Source of the DNA: a virus
Taxonomy: Duplodnaviria; Caudoviricetes
Direction: 5' to 3' (one strand)
Virus record (IMG/VR): IMGVR_UViG_3300048850_000003
Span: 1-25,357 of that record
DNA: 25,357 nt
Shown here: positions 16,489-24,424 of the stretch, piece by piece
Numbering within the stretch: the first letter of the stretch is position 1
Layout of the letters: each line of letters opens with the position of its first letter
Notes under the pieces: generated by a model
Seen by the model: only the letters and a program-made list of their open reading frames with translations
What the model was told of the DNA's origin: nothing
The model's database searches: none
Made by a program: the position numbers and the translations under genes

Positions 16489-18675
16489 TTATTCCGCCTC
16501 CGCAGTCCGAGCAGCGCTGATCTGCGCCGCGTCCAATGTCGTTTCCGCCCCGATCTCGGCGACCTCGATCTTGGCCATGTTGGTCAGGTGGGTAATCAGC
16601 ACTTGGACTTGGCCGCGCATCTCTTCCATCTGCATCTGCATCTCGGAGCGCAGCGTCTCCGTATGCTGCTCCAGTTGCGCCTTGACCATATCCGCTTGCA
16701 TCTTCTCGCGATGCTCCTGCGCCGACTGCTCGGCCTGCGCTTGCTGCTGCGCCATGGCTACTTGGGCGTCCAATTCAGCTTTGCGCTGGTCCAGCGCCAT
16801 CTGCATTTGGAACTTCTCGCGCTCGAAGGCTTGGCGCGCCTGCTCGATCTGCATATCCCCCTGCTGTTTGGCCTGGGCGATCTGCACATCGGCTTGAATC
16901 TTCTGCTGCTCAGGGCTCGGCGGCTTGGGTTGACCAAGCGTCTGCTTGGCCATCTGGTTCAGCCGGTCCAGGGCAGCGTCAATCGCGCCCTCCAGCGTCT
17001 TCCCTGCCTTGAACCCAGAAATGTAGAACTTCAGCATCTCGATCAGCACAGGTGCCATCTCCGGCATTGCCTGACCGGCTTGCACAGCCTCCCGGATGAA
17101 CCCGCTCACCGCAGTCAGAAAGTCCGTGCGGTCCTGCTTGGTCTGCTCTTCATCGATCTGAACGAGCGAATCCGCCGCAATCTCAACTCGGAAGTCTCGG
17201 ACGATCTCGCCACGCAGCAGTTCCAGGGCTGCCGGGACATATTGCTGGTCGTCAGGCAGCAACTGATCCGTCGCGCCGTATGACAGCAGCGACTCGTTGC
17301 TGAACTTCCCGCATATCACCTGTGCTTTCAGGCGGATCAGGTCGGAGGCGTAGCGCGCAACCTCTTCCTGCGTGTTCCGCAGCCTGAGAGTGCCGAAACG
17401 CGCCTTGATCCCCTCGGCAGCGGCAGTCGTCCGTGGATCAGATTCGCCTCGGATGATGTCTGCCAGCCCCGTGATGGTGTAGATCTGATCCATCACCTCG
17501 TTGCGGGCCTGGTAGGCCGTCATGAGGGCGTCTGCAATGGGCTGTAGGTCTACTAGGTCGACCGCACCCTTGAGGCCGCCTTTCTCCGCAAAACCTGCCC
17601 AGTTCGATACTGGGATCAGGTCATTCCCGCCAGTCTCAGTGAATAGGCGTTGCAGCTCCTTTATCTTGGCGTCGTAGACGCCCCGCACCTTCAGCGCCTT
17701 GATCAACCCGTCGATCCGGTCGCTGATGATATCCAGCTCGTTGGCCTGGTCCTGGTAGAAGATGAAATCCGGGACCGGAACGAGCTTGTCCGTCGTCAGC
17801 GTGGCGTACAGCGGGCGCGGGCAAGGGAAGAAGTCTTCCAGCTCCAGCGGGTCAGGAATCGCGTCGAGGATTTCCCCATACGACTTGCAGACCCAGACAG
17901 CCTGAAGCGTATCCTTGTCCCAAATCTCGTAGATTAAGGCGGTCTTGCCCGCTTCCTCGGTCTGCTGCGGATACTGCTGGCTGTTGTCGGTCGGGCTGGC
18001 GTCTAGCGGAATCCTCTTGCCGACTTCCTCGCCAAACCGCTTGATCAGGTCAGCGCGCTTCATGTAGACCTTGCGCCATACGCAGGTCACTTCTTCCCAG
18101 ATGCGGCCCTTGGAGTGCCCAAAGTCACGCGGCTGCACGTAGTCCAGCGGCGCGCACTCGTAGGCGATCTGCTCAAGCGACTCCGTGGACGTGACTTCAG
18201 GACCAGACGGACTGTCCGCATCCTTGGTCAACTCACCATCGACCGGCTTCGGGTCAGTCTGCGGCACAACCTGGGGCTCATACCGCACCCAAGCCGTTGC
18301 ACGCCCTCCCAGGAAGCGGTCATTGACCGAGTACCACATCGTGGTCCGGAAGTCGGTGTGGTGCTGGATATCGAAGTCCAGCGCACGCTCCAGGATCAGG
18401 CTCGCCACACGGCCAACCGGGTCGCTATCCTTGAAACGGCGCGACACATCAGGCCGAGGCAACCGGCTGTACGTCGCGGGGACAAGCGTCTGAACGTTCG
18501 ACCACAGGATATTGAACCGCGTGGCCTCATTGTCCGTGCTGTACTTCTTCTTGTCGTCCCGATACCGCTCGCAAATCTTACGGGCGCGCTCTTCCCAGTC
18601 TTTGAAGTCCTTCTCGTAGTCAGCGATCATGTTCAGATATCGCTGAACTTCGCCGGAATACTGGAGTTCGCTCAC
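16489..18675 (-). CDS. Portal protein with a long Q-rich C-terminal coiled coil
   Basis: 728 aa; follows TerL; FNILWSNVQTL and ITGLADIIRG motifs; P22-like barrel tail. Confidence 0.85.
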   Translation of the reverse strand: MSELQYSGEVQRYLNMIADYEKDFKDWEERARKICERYRDDKKKYSTDNEATRFNILWSNVQTLVPATYSRLPRPDVSRRFKDSDPVGRVASLILERALDFDIQHHTDFRTTMWYSVNDRFLGGRATAWVRYEPQVVPQTDPKPVDGELTKDADSPSGPEVTSTESLEQIAYECAPLDYVQPRDFGHSKGRIWEEVTCVWRKVYMKRADLIKRFGEEVGKRIPLDASPTDNSQQYPQQTEEAGKTALIYEIWDKDTLQAVWVCKSYGEILDAIPDPLELEDFFPCPRPLYATLTTDKLVPVPDFIFYQDQANELDIISDRIDGLIKALKVRGVYDAKIKELQRLFTETGGNDLIPVSNWAGFAEKGGLKGAVDLVDLQPIADALMTAYQARNEVMDQIYTITGLADIIRGESDPRTTAAAEGIKARFGTLRLRNTQEEVARYASDLIRLKAQVICGKFSNESLLSYGATDQLLPDDQQYVPAALELLRGEIVRDFRVEIAADSLVQIDEEQTKQDRTDFLTAVSGFIREAVQAGQAMPEMAPVLIEMLKFYISGFKAGKTLEGAIDAALDRLNQMAKQTLGQPKPPSPEQQKIQADVQIAQAKQQGDMQIEQARQAFEREKFQMQMALDQRKAELDAQVAMAQQQAQAEQSAQEHREKMQADMVKAQLEQHTETLRSEMQMQMEEMRGQVQVLITHLTNMAKIEVAEIGAETTLDAAQISAARTAEAE

Positions 18676-18678
18676 GCC

Positions 18679-20007
18679 TTACAGCCTCCGGCGCGTGCTT
18701 TGCATGCGCATGTGGTCTTCCAGAAAATCGTTGTAGGTGGGCAGCGGCATGTTGTTCCAGTCTGGGTCGGTTCTCACCGGCTTGCCCTCTTCCTGATGCC
18801 ATGCAATCGCCAGCATCCGCCACGCATCCGCAGGGTGAGAGGTCCAGTCATGCCGGGGCTTCTCCCTGAAGCACTTCTTGTCTTCGTCCCACTCGCGCTG
18901 GTACTGGCGCAATGCCTCAATGCCCGGCAGAGTCTTCTTCTCGTCAAACCATGCGATGTCGATGGCTCTGCGCCCTGCCTGGATGCCGTCAATCACGTCT
19001 AGATGGGGGACGATGGCCATGCGATCCATCCCCAGGCCCACGCCCAATTGCTCGATCACTGACTTCCCACCGCTAGCCAGCGTCTTCGCTCGCGCGTCAT
19101 GGGGCAGCCAATGCGTGCCATACGTGTATCCCTTCTCGGCAATCAGGTTCGTGTAGAACTCGATCTGCCTACCGTTCGACGCGTGGAAGTCGATAACGTG
19201 TATCTCGCCGCGCATGACCTGGTAGAACCAGATCGCAGTATCGTCCCGGTATCCAATGTCCCAGGCCGTATGCACAGGAACAGCCGGGTCAACCTCGACC
19301 GCGCAGATGCGCCCGTCTTCCTTGGCGCACCACATCTCTTTGCCGTAGAACGCGCCGGGCAATGCAGCCTCGAAGTCACATTCCATCTCCTGCCGCCATG
19401 CATCCTCGGACAGCTCATGCCTAAGTGCCTCCATCTCGGAGGGTGGCAACAGCCCTGTCTCTGAGGCTCGTAGCGTCATGGCCAGCCAAGTAGGCGACCG
19501 CTCCGCGAGCTGGTACAGCTCCCAGAACTGATTGCGCCCCTTAGGCGTGCCGATGATGATTGCCCAGCCCTGCCGGTCAGCCAGCGCAGGGCGGATCACA
19601 TAGCCCCATACCGATGGCTTCCAGTCCCCGTACTCGTCAGCCACCAGGCCATCGAGGAACAGGCCGCGCAGTGAATCCGCGTTGTCCGCCCCATACAGCT
19701 TGATCCGGCTTCCGTTCGGGTAGTCGATCCGCAGCTCCGACTCGTTGACCACGATGCCTGGGATCGGCGCGCTGAATCGCTTCAGGTAATCCCACGCTAC
19801 GTTTTTGGCCTGCGAATAGAACGGGGCCACATAAGCAAAGCGCCCATCGTTCCCCTTGAACGTGAGCGCCGCTTTGATCAACTCATTAACACAGGCGACC
19901 GTCTTCCCCGCTCGACGGTGCGCTACAACTATCGCCCACCTTTCCTTACGCTGGTGCAGAGGCTTGAATGCTGCACGCGGCGTGTACGGGATGATTATTC
20001 TTGCCAC
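18679..20007 (-). CDS. terL: Terminase large subunit
   Basis: Walker A AHRRAGKT, Walker B LVADEY, GTPKG coupling motif, nuclease WDIGYRDD and HPADA. Confidence 0.93.
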   Translation of the reverse strand: MARIIIPYTPRAAFKPLHQRKERWAIVVAHRRAGKTVACVNELIKAALTFKGNDGRFAYVAPFYSQAKNVAWDYLKRFSAPIPGIVVNESELRIDYPNGSRIKLYGADNADSLRGLFLDGLVADEYGDWKPSVWGYVIRPALADRQGWAIIIGTPKGRNQFWELYQLAERSPTWLAMTLRASETGLLPPSEMEALRHELSEDAWRQEMECDFEAALPGAFYGKEMWCAKEDGRICAVEVDPAVPVHTAWDIGYRDDTAIWFYQVMRGEIHVIDFHASNGRQIEFYTNLIAEKGYTYGTHWLPHDARAKTLASGGKSVIEQLGVGLGMDRMAIVPHLDVIDGIQAGRRAIDIAWFDEKKTLPGIEALRQYQREWDEDKKCFREKPRHDWTSHPADAWRMLAIAWHQEEGKPVRTDPDWNNMPLPTYNDFLEDHMRMQSTRRRL

Positions 20008-20252
20008 GACACCTGGAACGTGTGCTCACCTTGGTCGCCAGGGCCGCGCACTTCAGTCGGTATCAGCTTGGACGCCAACTTGTAGAAGTCCGTCGGGTTC
20101 TCTTTCGCCCAGCGCACCAATGCATCTACGCCGCCAAGGTTGTCGAACGCCTCTCGGAATGCTTCTTTGACGGCTAGTGTCGTCTTCCCAGGACCGCGTT
20201 TGCCCTGGTTAGGCTTTTTTTCGCCTTTTTTAAAAGTTCCTGCATTTGCCAT
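19995..20252 (-). CDS. terS: Terminase small subunit (85 aa)
   Basis: MANAGTFKKGEKKPNQGKRGPGK...LVRWAKENPTDFYKLASKLIP; overlaps the terL start; the 219-aa ORF call is an over-extension. Confidence 0.72.
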   Translation of the reverse strand: MANAGTFKKGEKKPNQGKRGPGKTTLAVKEAFREAFDNLGGVDALVRWAKENPTDFYKLASKLIPTEVRGPGDQGEHTFQVSWQE

Positions 20253-20293
20253 GTTTTGTCCCCACATTGTGGCGCGTGGACTCGAAGCGAAGC

Positions 20294-20902
20294 TTAGGCC
20301 GTGACGCCAGACGCCTTCAGTTCGGTAATCAGCGTGTTGACCTTCGCGGCCAGGGTGGCGACATCGTTCTTTAGCGCCGTGATAGCCGCGTTGGTGGAAG
20401 TGAGCGATGCCGCCGTGGTGTCGGTCGTAGCCGCCGTCGCAGCAGGTACAGACGGGACCGTATTGCCCCCGCTCGTACCACCCGACGAGTCCGTCAGCGC
20501 CGGGATAGCGGCTTGTTGGAGAACGCCGCCGCGAACGGATCCAGTCGGTGCGGCGCCAGCCTGCATCGCTTGGATCGCCGAACATGCAGCGGCTGGAGTC
20601 GCGGCAGTGAATACCAACTTGCCGGTGGAGGTCCCGCCAATCTGGCTCTGGCATCCGTCCATGTCCTGAGCATTCAGGAAGTTTTGGACCGTTTGCGACA
20701 CACCTAGCTCACTTACGCTAGGCGTGTAATTGCCAGCCTTCGCCGTGTTGCTCGTCGTGCCGATGGTCGGCGGGAATGTGGAGGGCTTACCCTGCAAGGA
20801 ATCCCATGTGACATCCGACACTTCGCCCGTGGCGATATCCACGACTTTCTGCGCCAGGCCAGGAGCCATGCCCAGCCCCATCAGGTCGCTAACGTTGCTC
20901 AT
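20294..20902 (-). CDS. Head-fibre-like virion protein
   Basis: VTWDSLQGKPSTFPP, GGVLQQAAI and LAAKVNTLITELKASG fibre motifs; GAGGGG RBS. Confidence 0.6.
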   Translation of the reverse strand: MSNVSDLMGLGMAPGLAQKVVDIATGEVSDVTWDSLQGKPSTFPPTIGTTSNTAKAGNYTPSVSELGVSQTVQNFLNAQDMDGCQSQIGGTSTGKLVFTAATPAAACSAIQAMQAGAAPTGSVRGGVLQQAAIPALTDSSGGTSGGNTVPSVPAATAATTDTTAASLTSTNAAITALKNDVATLAAKVNTLITELKASGVTA

Positions 20903-21197
20903 TGCTTTCCCCTCTCGGAATCGTGACCAGATTGGCCCCGTCAAACTTGGCCAGCGTTTCGATAATCTCCAGCGACTGCACCGGCTGCCAGCCTAGGATT
21001 TCGTCGCCTTGCGTATCCCCGATGCGGATGTACTCGCCACTCGGGGAAATTTGGTTCGGATCCAGCGTGACCTGGTAGAAGACCAACCGAGGCACCGGGA
21101 CCGGCTGTCCTGCATCCCGCATAGCCTGGAATCGTTCGGCCTCTTCGCGTTGCTGCTTGAAGACAACGATTGCGACGATCTTTTCTGTCAGGTTCAT
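20889..21197 (-). CDS. Hypothetical phage protein
   Basis: 102-aa ORF tiling between a terminator and the head-fibre gene. Confidence 0.6.
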   Translation of the reverse strand: MNLTEKIVAIVVFKQQREEAERFQAMRDAGQPVPVPRLVFYQVTLDPNQISPSGEYIRIGDTQGDEILGWQPVQSLEIIETLAKFDGANLVTIPRGESNEQR

Positions 21198-21223
21198 AAA
21201 ATAAAAAAGCCGCGCTGGGCGGC
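21198..21223 (-). terminator. Intrinsic terminator
   Basis: GCCGC-CCAGC-GCGGC-TTTTTTATTT. Confidence 0.65.
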
Positions 21224-21249
21224 AAAGGGTGGGAGCCCTACGGAGAAAG

Positions 21250-21528
21250 CTAAGCCTTAGGAAAACTCGGGCCGTGAATGAACTCCATGATCGCGTTCGC
21301 CTGCTCAGAGGAATAAGCGTAGAACTGCGCTCTCGGCTCTCGACGGTCCTCCACGGTGGCGAACGTCGCCCCAGGGATCGATGCAGCTAGCGCCCGACCT
21401 ACTCGGTCCGCCACATCAATATTGTCAAACGTGCCGATGTTTGAACATCCGCCGGTCGTCCCGCTGTCGCGGAAGTGCGTAACGATGTACCGAACCGCCG
21501 GGCGCACCCGGAATTCATTCTTTTCCAT
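21250..21528 (-). CDS. Hypothetical protein, first gene of the late operon
   Basis: GGAGA RBS, ATG, 92 aa. Confidence 0.65.
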   Translation of the reverse strand: MEKNEFRVRPAVRYIVTHFRDSGTTGGCSNIGTFDNIDVADRVGRALAASIPGATFATVEDRREPRAQFYAYSSEQANAIMEFIHGPSFPKA

Positions 21529-21560
21529 CTCTATCTCCGGCCTCCGCAGAGGCTAAGAAT

Positions 21561-21592
21561 GAAAAAGCCCCGAGCGATTTCTCACTCAGGGC
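21561..21592 (-). terminator. Late-leader terminator (tR'-like)
   Basis: GCCCUGAGUGA-GAAA-UCGCUCGGGGC-UUUUUC; its two G-U pairs form only on the minus-strand RNA. Confidence 0.85.
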
Positions 21593-21828
21593 GATAGGTT
21601 GATGGTGGCCGGGCGCTACGCCGGCTTGGCTGGGTTCTCTATCTGCCCAGCGGAGGATCAGACCATTCACGTGCTACGTGCTCTCACCATCAAGAGGCGA
21701 TTCCGACGCCACATAAAGCAGTGATTAGGAACGGAGCGCATGAGCACAACACGCGGCGCTAACCCGCGTTCGCCGAAACTGCCTCTTGATGGGGCTGAGA
21801 AGCATCAGTGACAACTTCTCAGCCTGCA
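21561..21828 (-). ncRNA. Structured late-leader RNA (pR' to tR') with a tRNA-like domain
   Basis: Non-coding interval filled with nested inverted repeats between a sigma70 promoter and a terminator. Confidence 0.6.
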
Positions 21829-21834
21829 TCCATT

Positions 21835-21863
21835 ACTCTACTTTCGTGCGCACGATCATTCAA
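21835..21863 (-). promoter_or_regulatory. Late promoter (pR'-like)
   Basis: TTGAAT-17 bp-TAGAGT overlapping the Q stop codon; perfect palindrome TCGTGCGCACGA in the spacer. Confidence 0.7.
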
Positions 21864-22242
21864 CCAGTGCGCACACTTTAGTCTCGTATCCGCGCATGTA
21901 GCGTCCTCCCATGCCGTGCGACAGGTGGCGATGGCATGCATCCAAGTGGTAGTAGTAGTCGCGGCGCGACAGCCCCAGCTCGTCGTGCTTTGCCTTCACC
22001 GGGCCCGTGCGCTTGTAGTGCGCCAGCAGGACAGCGCGGTCCATCGGATGCAGCGTCATGATGAGCCCGTCTACCTTCCTCACGTCCGGATCGACCACAG
22101 AGACAGCCGCTCCCTGGTGCACATTGCAATCCACCCTCATCTTCGAGAAGGCGGCTTCCGATGGGTACCCGAGCCCGGCGTCGTCCTGGAGAGCCTTCCA
22201 ATGGCCCCAATCTCCTAGGAGGATTTCAAGGTTTGTGCGCAT
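21856..22242 (-). CDS. Q-like late antiterminator
   Basis: LLGDWGHW...GLGYPSEAAF N-terminus, sigma-region-4-like C-terminal HTH, last early gene before the late promoter. Confidence 0.75.
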   Translation of the reverse strand: MRTNLEILLGDWGHWKALQDDAGLGYPSEAAFSKMRVDCNVHQGAAVSVVDPDVRKVDGLIMTLHPMDRAVLLAHYKRTGPVKAKHDELGLSRRDYYYHLDACHRHLSHGMGGRYMRGYETKVCALVE

Positions 22243-22459
22243 TCGTATCTCCACGCGGCTCCCACCAGCGCCCTTTTTCGCCGCAAAAATTGAATACCCT
22301 GATGTAAAGCCATCCCTGCGCGCCCCGATGCACTGAGGCGAAGGTACCAAACACCCCCTTTGGCTCCAACTCACCGTTATACGGGTTAACGCGCATATTT
22401 TTGGGAGCTTTGCAGCGCATCCCGCTCAGATGGCGGCAATCGGTACAGAGTTTCATCAT
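22226..22459 (-). CDS. Small Cys-rich hypothetical protein
   Basis: KLCTDCRH...C...CGEKGRWWEP; GGAGGG RBS; ATGA coupling. Confidence 0.65.
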   Translation of the reverse strand: MMKLCTDCRHLSGMRCKAPKNMRVNPYNGELEPKGVFGTFASVHRGAQGWLYIRVFNFCGEKGRWWEPRGDTNAHKP

Positions 22460-22620
22460 CCCCTCCAAAGCATCCGGTACTCGTCCACCCGACTTGATAG
22501 CGCTTGCATCCTCGGCTGGTACTGGGCGCGCTCGATGGCGTATTGCATCGCTCTGTCCCACTTCAGCGGCGGGCGCTTCATGGGGTCTAGGTCTATCTTG
22601 GGTGTGGATTGCATCAGCAT
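22456..22620 (-). CDS. Small hypothetical protein (54 aa)
   Basis: GAGGA RBS before ATG 22620; stop overlaps the next start. Confidence 0.55.
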   Translation of the reverse strand: MLMQSTPKIDLDPMKRPPLKWDRAMQYAIERAQYQPRMQALSSRVDEYRMLWRG

Positions 22621-22630
22621 GGTCGTATCC

Positions 22631-22969
22631 TCAGAATTCCTCGATGGCCCACCCGCCGCCGTCCTTCTTCGCCCGCGCTTTGACGGCGATGAATTTGAGC
22701 GGGTACATGTCAGCGGCAATCTTTATCTTCACCCTGGCGTCGTCCTGCCAGAACCCCTTGACCTCGTGCGCCTGTAACTGCCCGTCCGGCATCATCACGG
22801 TGAAGTCGGGCGTGTAGAACGTGTTATCGGCCAACCTGAACTTCAGCCCCTCGAACTTGTGCCAGAGAATGCCCCCCACGGCCTGGAGCTGGGCCAGGTA
22901 GTCGGCATATGCCTGCTCCGTTTTGTTCATGGCGCCGGTTTTGAGGCGTCCTAGGGCGTAGTTCTTCAT
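22631..22969 (-). CDS. PD-(D/E)XK nuclease, DUF1064-like
   Basis: YTPDF...HEVKG motif; nin-region position. Confidence 0.75.
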   Translation of the reverse strand: MKNYALGRLKTGAMNKTEQAYADYLAQLQAVGGILWHKFEGLKFRLADNTFYTPDFTVMMPDGQLQAHEVKGFWQDDARVKIKIAADMYPLKFIAVKARAKKDGGGWAIEEF

Positions 22970-23121
22970 GCCCTTCCCCTCAAGGATCGATACAGCGCGT
23001 TGTTGCTTTCCAGGTTATCGATGAAGCTATCTGCGTGCTTGCGGAAGACGCGCCCCATGATGTCAACAAGCGAAGGCCTCCAGCGCTTGCGCGCACGTAA
23101 TCGGAGATCGCGTACTTTCAT
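22966..23121 (-). CDS. 51-aa Arg-rich protein resembling the N-terminus of the phage's own major capsid protein; not in ORF track
   Basis: MKVRDLRLRARKRWRPSLVDIMGRVFRKHADSFIDNLESNNALYRSLRGRA; ATGA overlaps at both ends exactly fill the gap. Confidence 0.75.
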   Translation of the reverse strand: MKVRDLRLRARKRWRPSLVDIMGRVFRKHADSFIDNLESNNALYRSLRGRA

Positions 23122-23474
23122 CGCGCCCCCTGCGCCACGTTCCACATGGCTGTAGCGAAGGGGTTGCCATCCGATGGGGATAGATGCGGAACCGGGGTCG
23201 GCGCTTTAGGCGGCGCAACATATATCCGATGACGCCGTACCTTTGGCGCGCTCTCCGGCCTCTCCGCGTCGATCCCTGGTCCGAATGCATGCACCTCGAC
23301 ATTTCTTCCGTTCTCGCGCTTCCAAGCCGTGATGTGGCATTTCCCATTCAAGCGGGCTCGCCACACGCACTGACGTACTGAATTGATATTCATCTCCAGC
23401 TCGGCGGCAAGTTCCGAGGTTGACATAGGACCAACCTTGCGCAGCGCATACGCTACTAGTGAGTGATTGCTCAT
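23118..23474 (-). CDS. Winged-HTH DNA-binding protein
   Basis: GPMSTSELAAELEMNINSVRQCV HTH; coupled to the helicase. Confidence 0.65.
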   Translation of the reverse strand: MSNHSLVAYALRKVGPMSTSELAAELEMNINSVRQCVWRARLNGKCHITAWKRENGRNVEVHAFGPGIDAERPESAPKVRRHRIYVAPPKAPTPVPHLSPSDGNPFATAMWNVAQGAR

Positions 23475-24424
23475 CGATCTTCTCCCATGATGTCCAGGGG
23501 TATGCAGCGTTTGTCAGGGGTGTATTGCAGGGATTTCGGGTCGTACCAAAGCTGGACTCCACCCTCCCATTCGCCATGTCGATTCTTGTCACAGATCAGC
23601 ATGGCGTCTGGCATCGCCTGGGTTTCCTCGTCAATGACGGCACCCGGCGTGCGGAGGATCTTCTCGACCAAGCGCTCTTTCTTCTTGTTCCGCCAGACGG
23701 TGAGAACTTGGTCCACCTGGTCGGATATGGCGCCCGATCCCTTCGCGTCGAACTTCCCAGGAGCCTTGTCCTCGTTCTCGCCCTTCCGGACGTGGTGGAC
23801 AAGGTGAATGTGGACTTGGTAGTCCCGGGCCAACGTGGTCAGCATGTCCACGAAGTCTTTCTGACCGTTGTAGTCATCTTCCCCGCGAACGCACTTCATC
23901 AAACTGTCGATCACGATGTGCTTGACCTTCAGCTTCTGCGCGCAGTACCGAATGACGGCGTACATCATTTCCGGCTTGACTTGCCCTTGCTGGTCGTAGA
24001 GCCAGTACTTGCCCTCCAGCCAGTCGATCAGGCGGTTTGCCATCAACTCGCTAGGGGTAGCATTGCGCGCAGCCTGCCGCAGCATCCGCTTGAGGGTGGA
24101 TACCGGCTTCATTTCGAAGCTGGCGTTGCATACGCCCTCCCCTTGCCGGGCGAAGCCAAGGGTCGCCTGACCCAGCAACTGGCTCTTCCCGTGTCCGTTG
24201 ATGCCCTGCCACAGAGTTACTTCCCCACCGCGAAAACGCAGGTGGTCATGAGTCTTCGCCCAGGGCAGCTCGGCACCGTAGACTTTGCTGCCGCCTCGGG
24301 TCGATTCCACAAGTTCCTCACGCCAGGCTTCAGGAGAAAGAACCTTGGCCTGGGGCTCAGCGTCAACCATGTACTCCTGGAAGTTGAAGCTGCTGGGGAT
24401 GATGAGTTTTTGAACGTTGCTCAT
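23471..24424 (-). CDS. SF4 (DnaB / T7 gp4-like) replicative helicase domain
   Basis: Walker A GINGHGKS, SFEM, Walker B IVIDSL, HLVHHVRK, DAKGSGAISD, KNRHG. Confidence 0.88.
   Translation of the reverse strand: MSNVQKLIIPSSFNFQEYMVDAEPQAKVLSPEAWREELVESTRGGSKVYGAELPWAKTHDHLRFRGGEVTLWQGINGHGKSQLLGQATLGFARQGEGVCNASFEMKPVSTLKRMLRQAARNATPSELMANRLIDWLEGKYWLYDQQGQVKPEMMYAVIRYCAQKLKVKHIVIDSLMKCVRGEDDYNGQKDFVDMLTTLARDYQVHIHLVHHVRKGENEDKAPGKFDAKGSGAISDQVDQVLTVWRNKKKERLVEKILRTPGAVIDEETQAMPDAMLICDKNRHGEWEGGVQLWYDPKSLQYTPDKRCIPLDIMGEDR

Noticed and set aside
20214-20235. A_AAA_AAG slippery heptamer near the terS start
   Set aside because: A -1 shift meets TAA almost at once, and the Lys-rich FKKGEKK sequence explains the A runs.
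20253-20654. N-terminal extension of the 219-aa ORF
   Set aside because: It overlaps the head-fibre gene in another frame; TerS-like sequence starts at ATG 20252.
21599-21693. Canonical tRNA gene
   Set aside because: Lacks the GTTCRA T-loop, a proper D-loop and a 7-nt anticodon loop; kept only as a tRNA-like structure.
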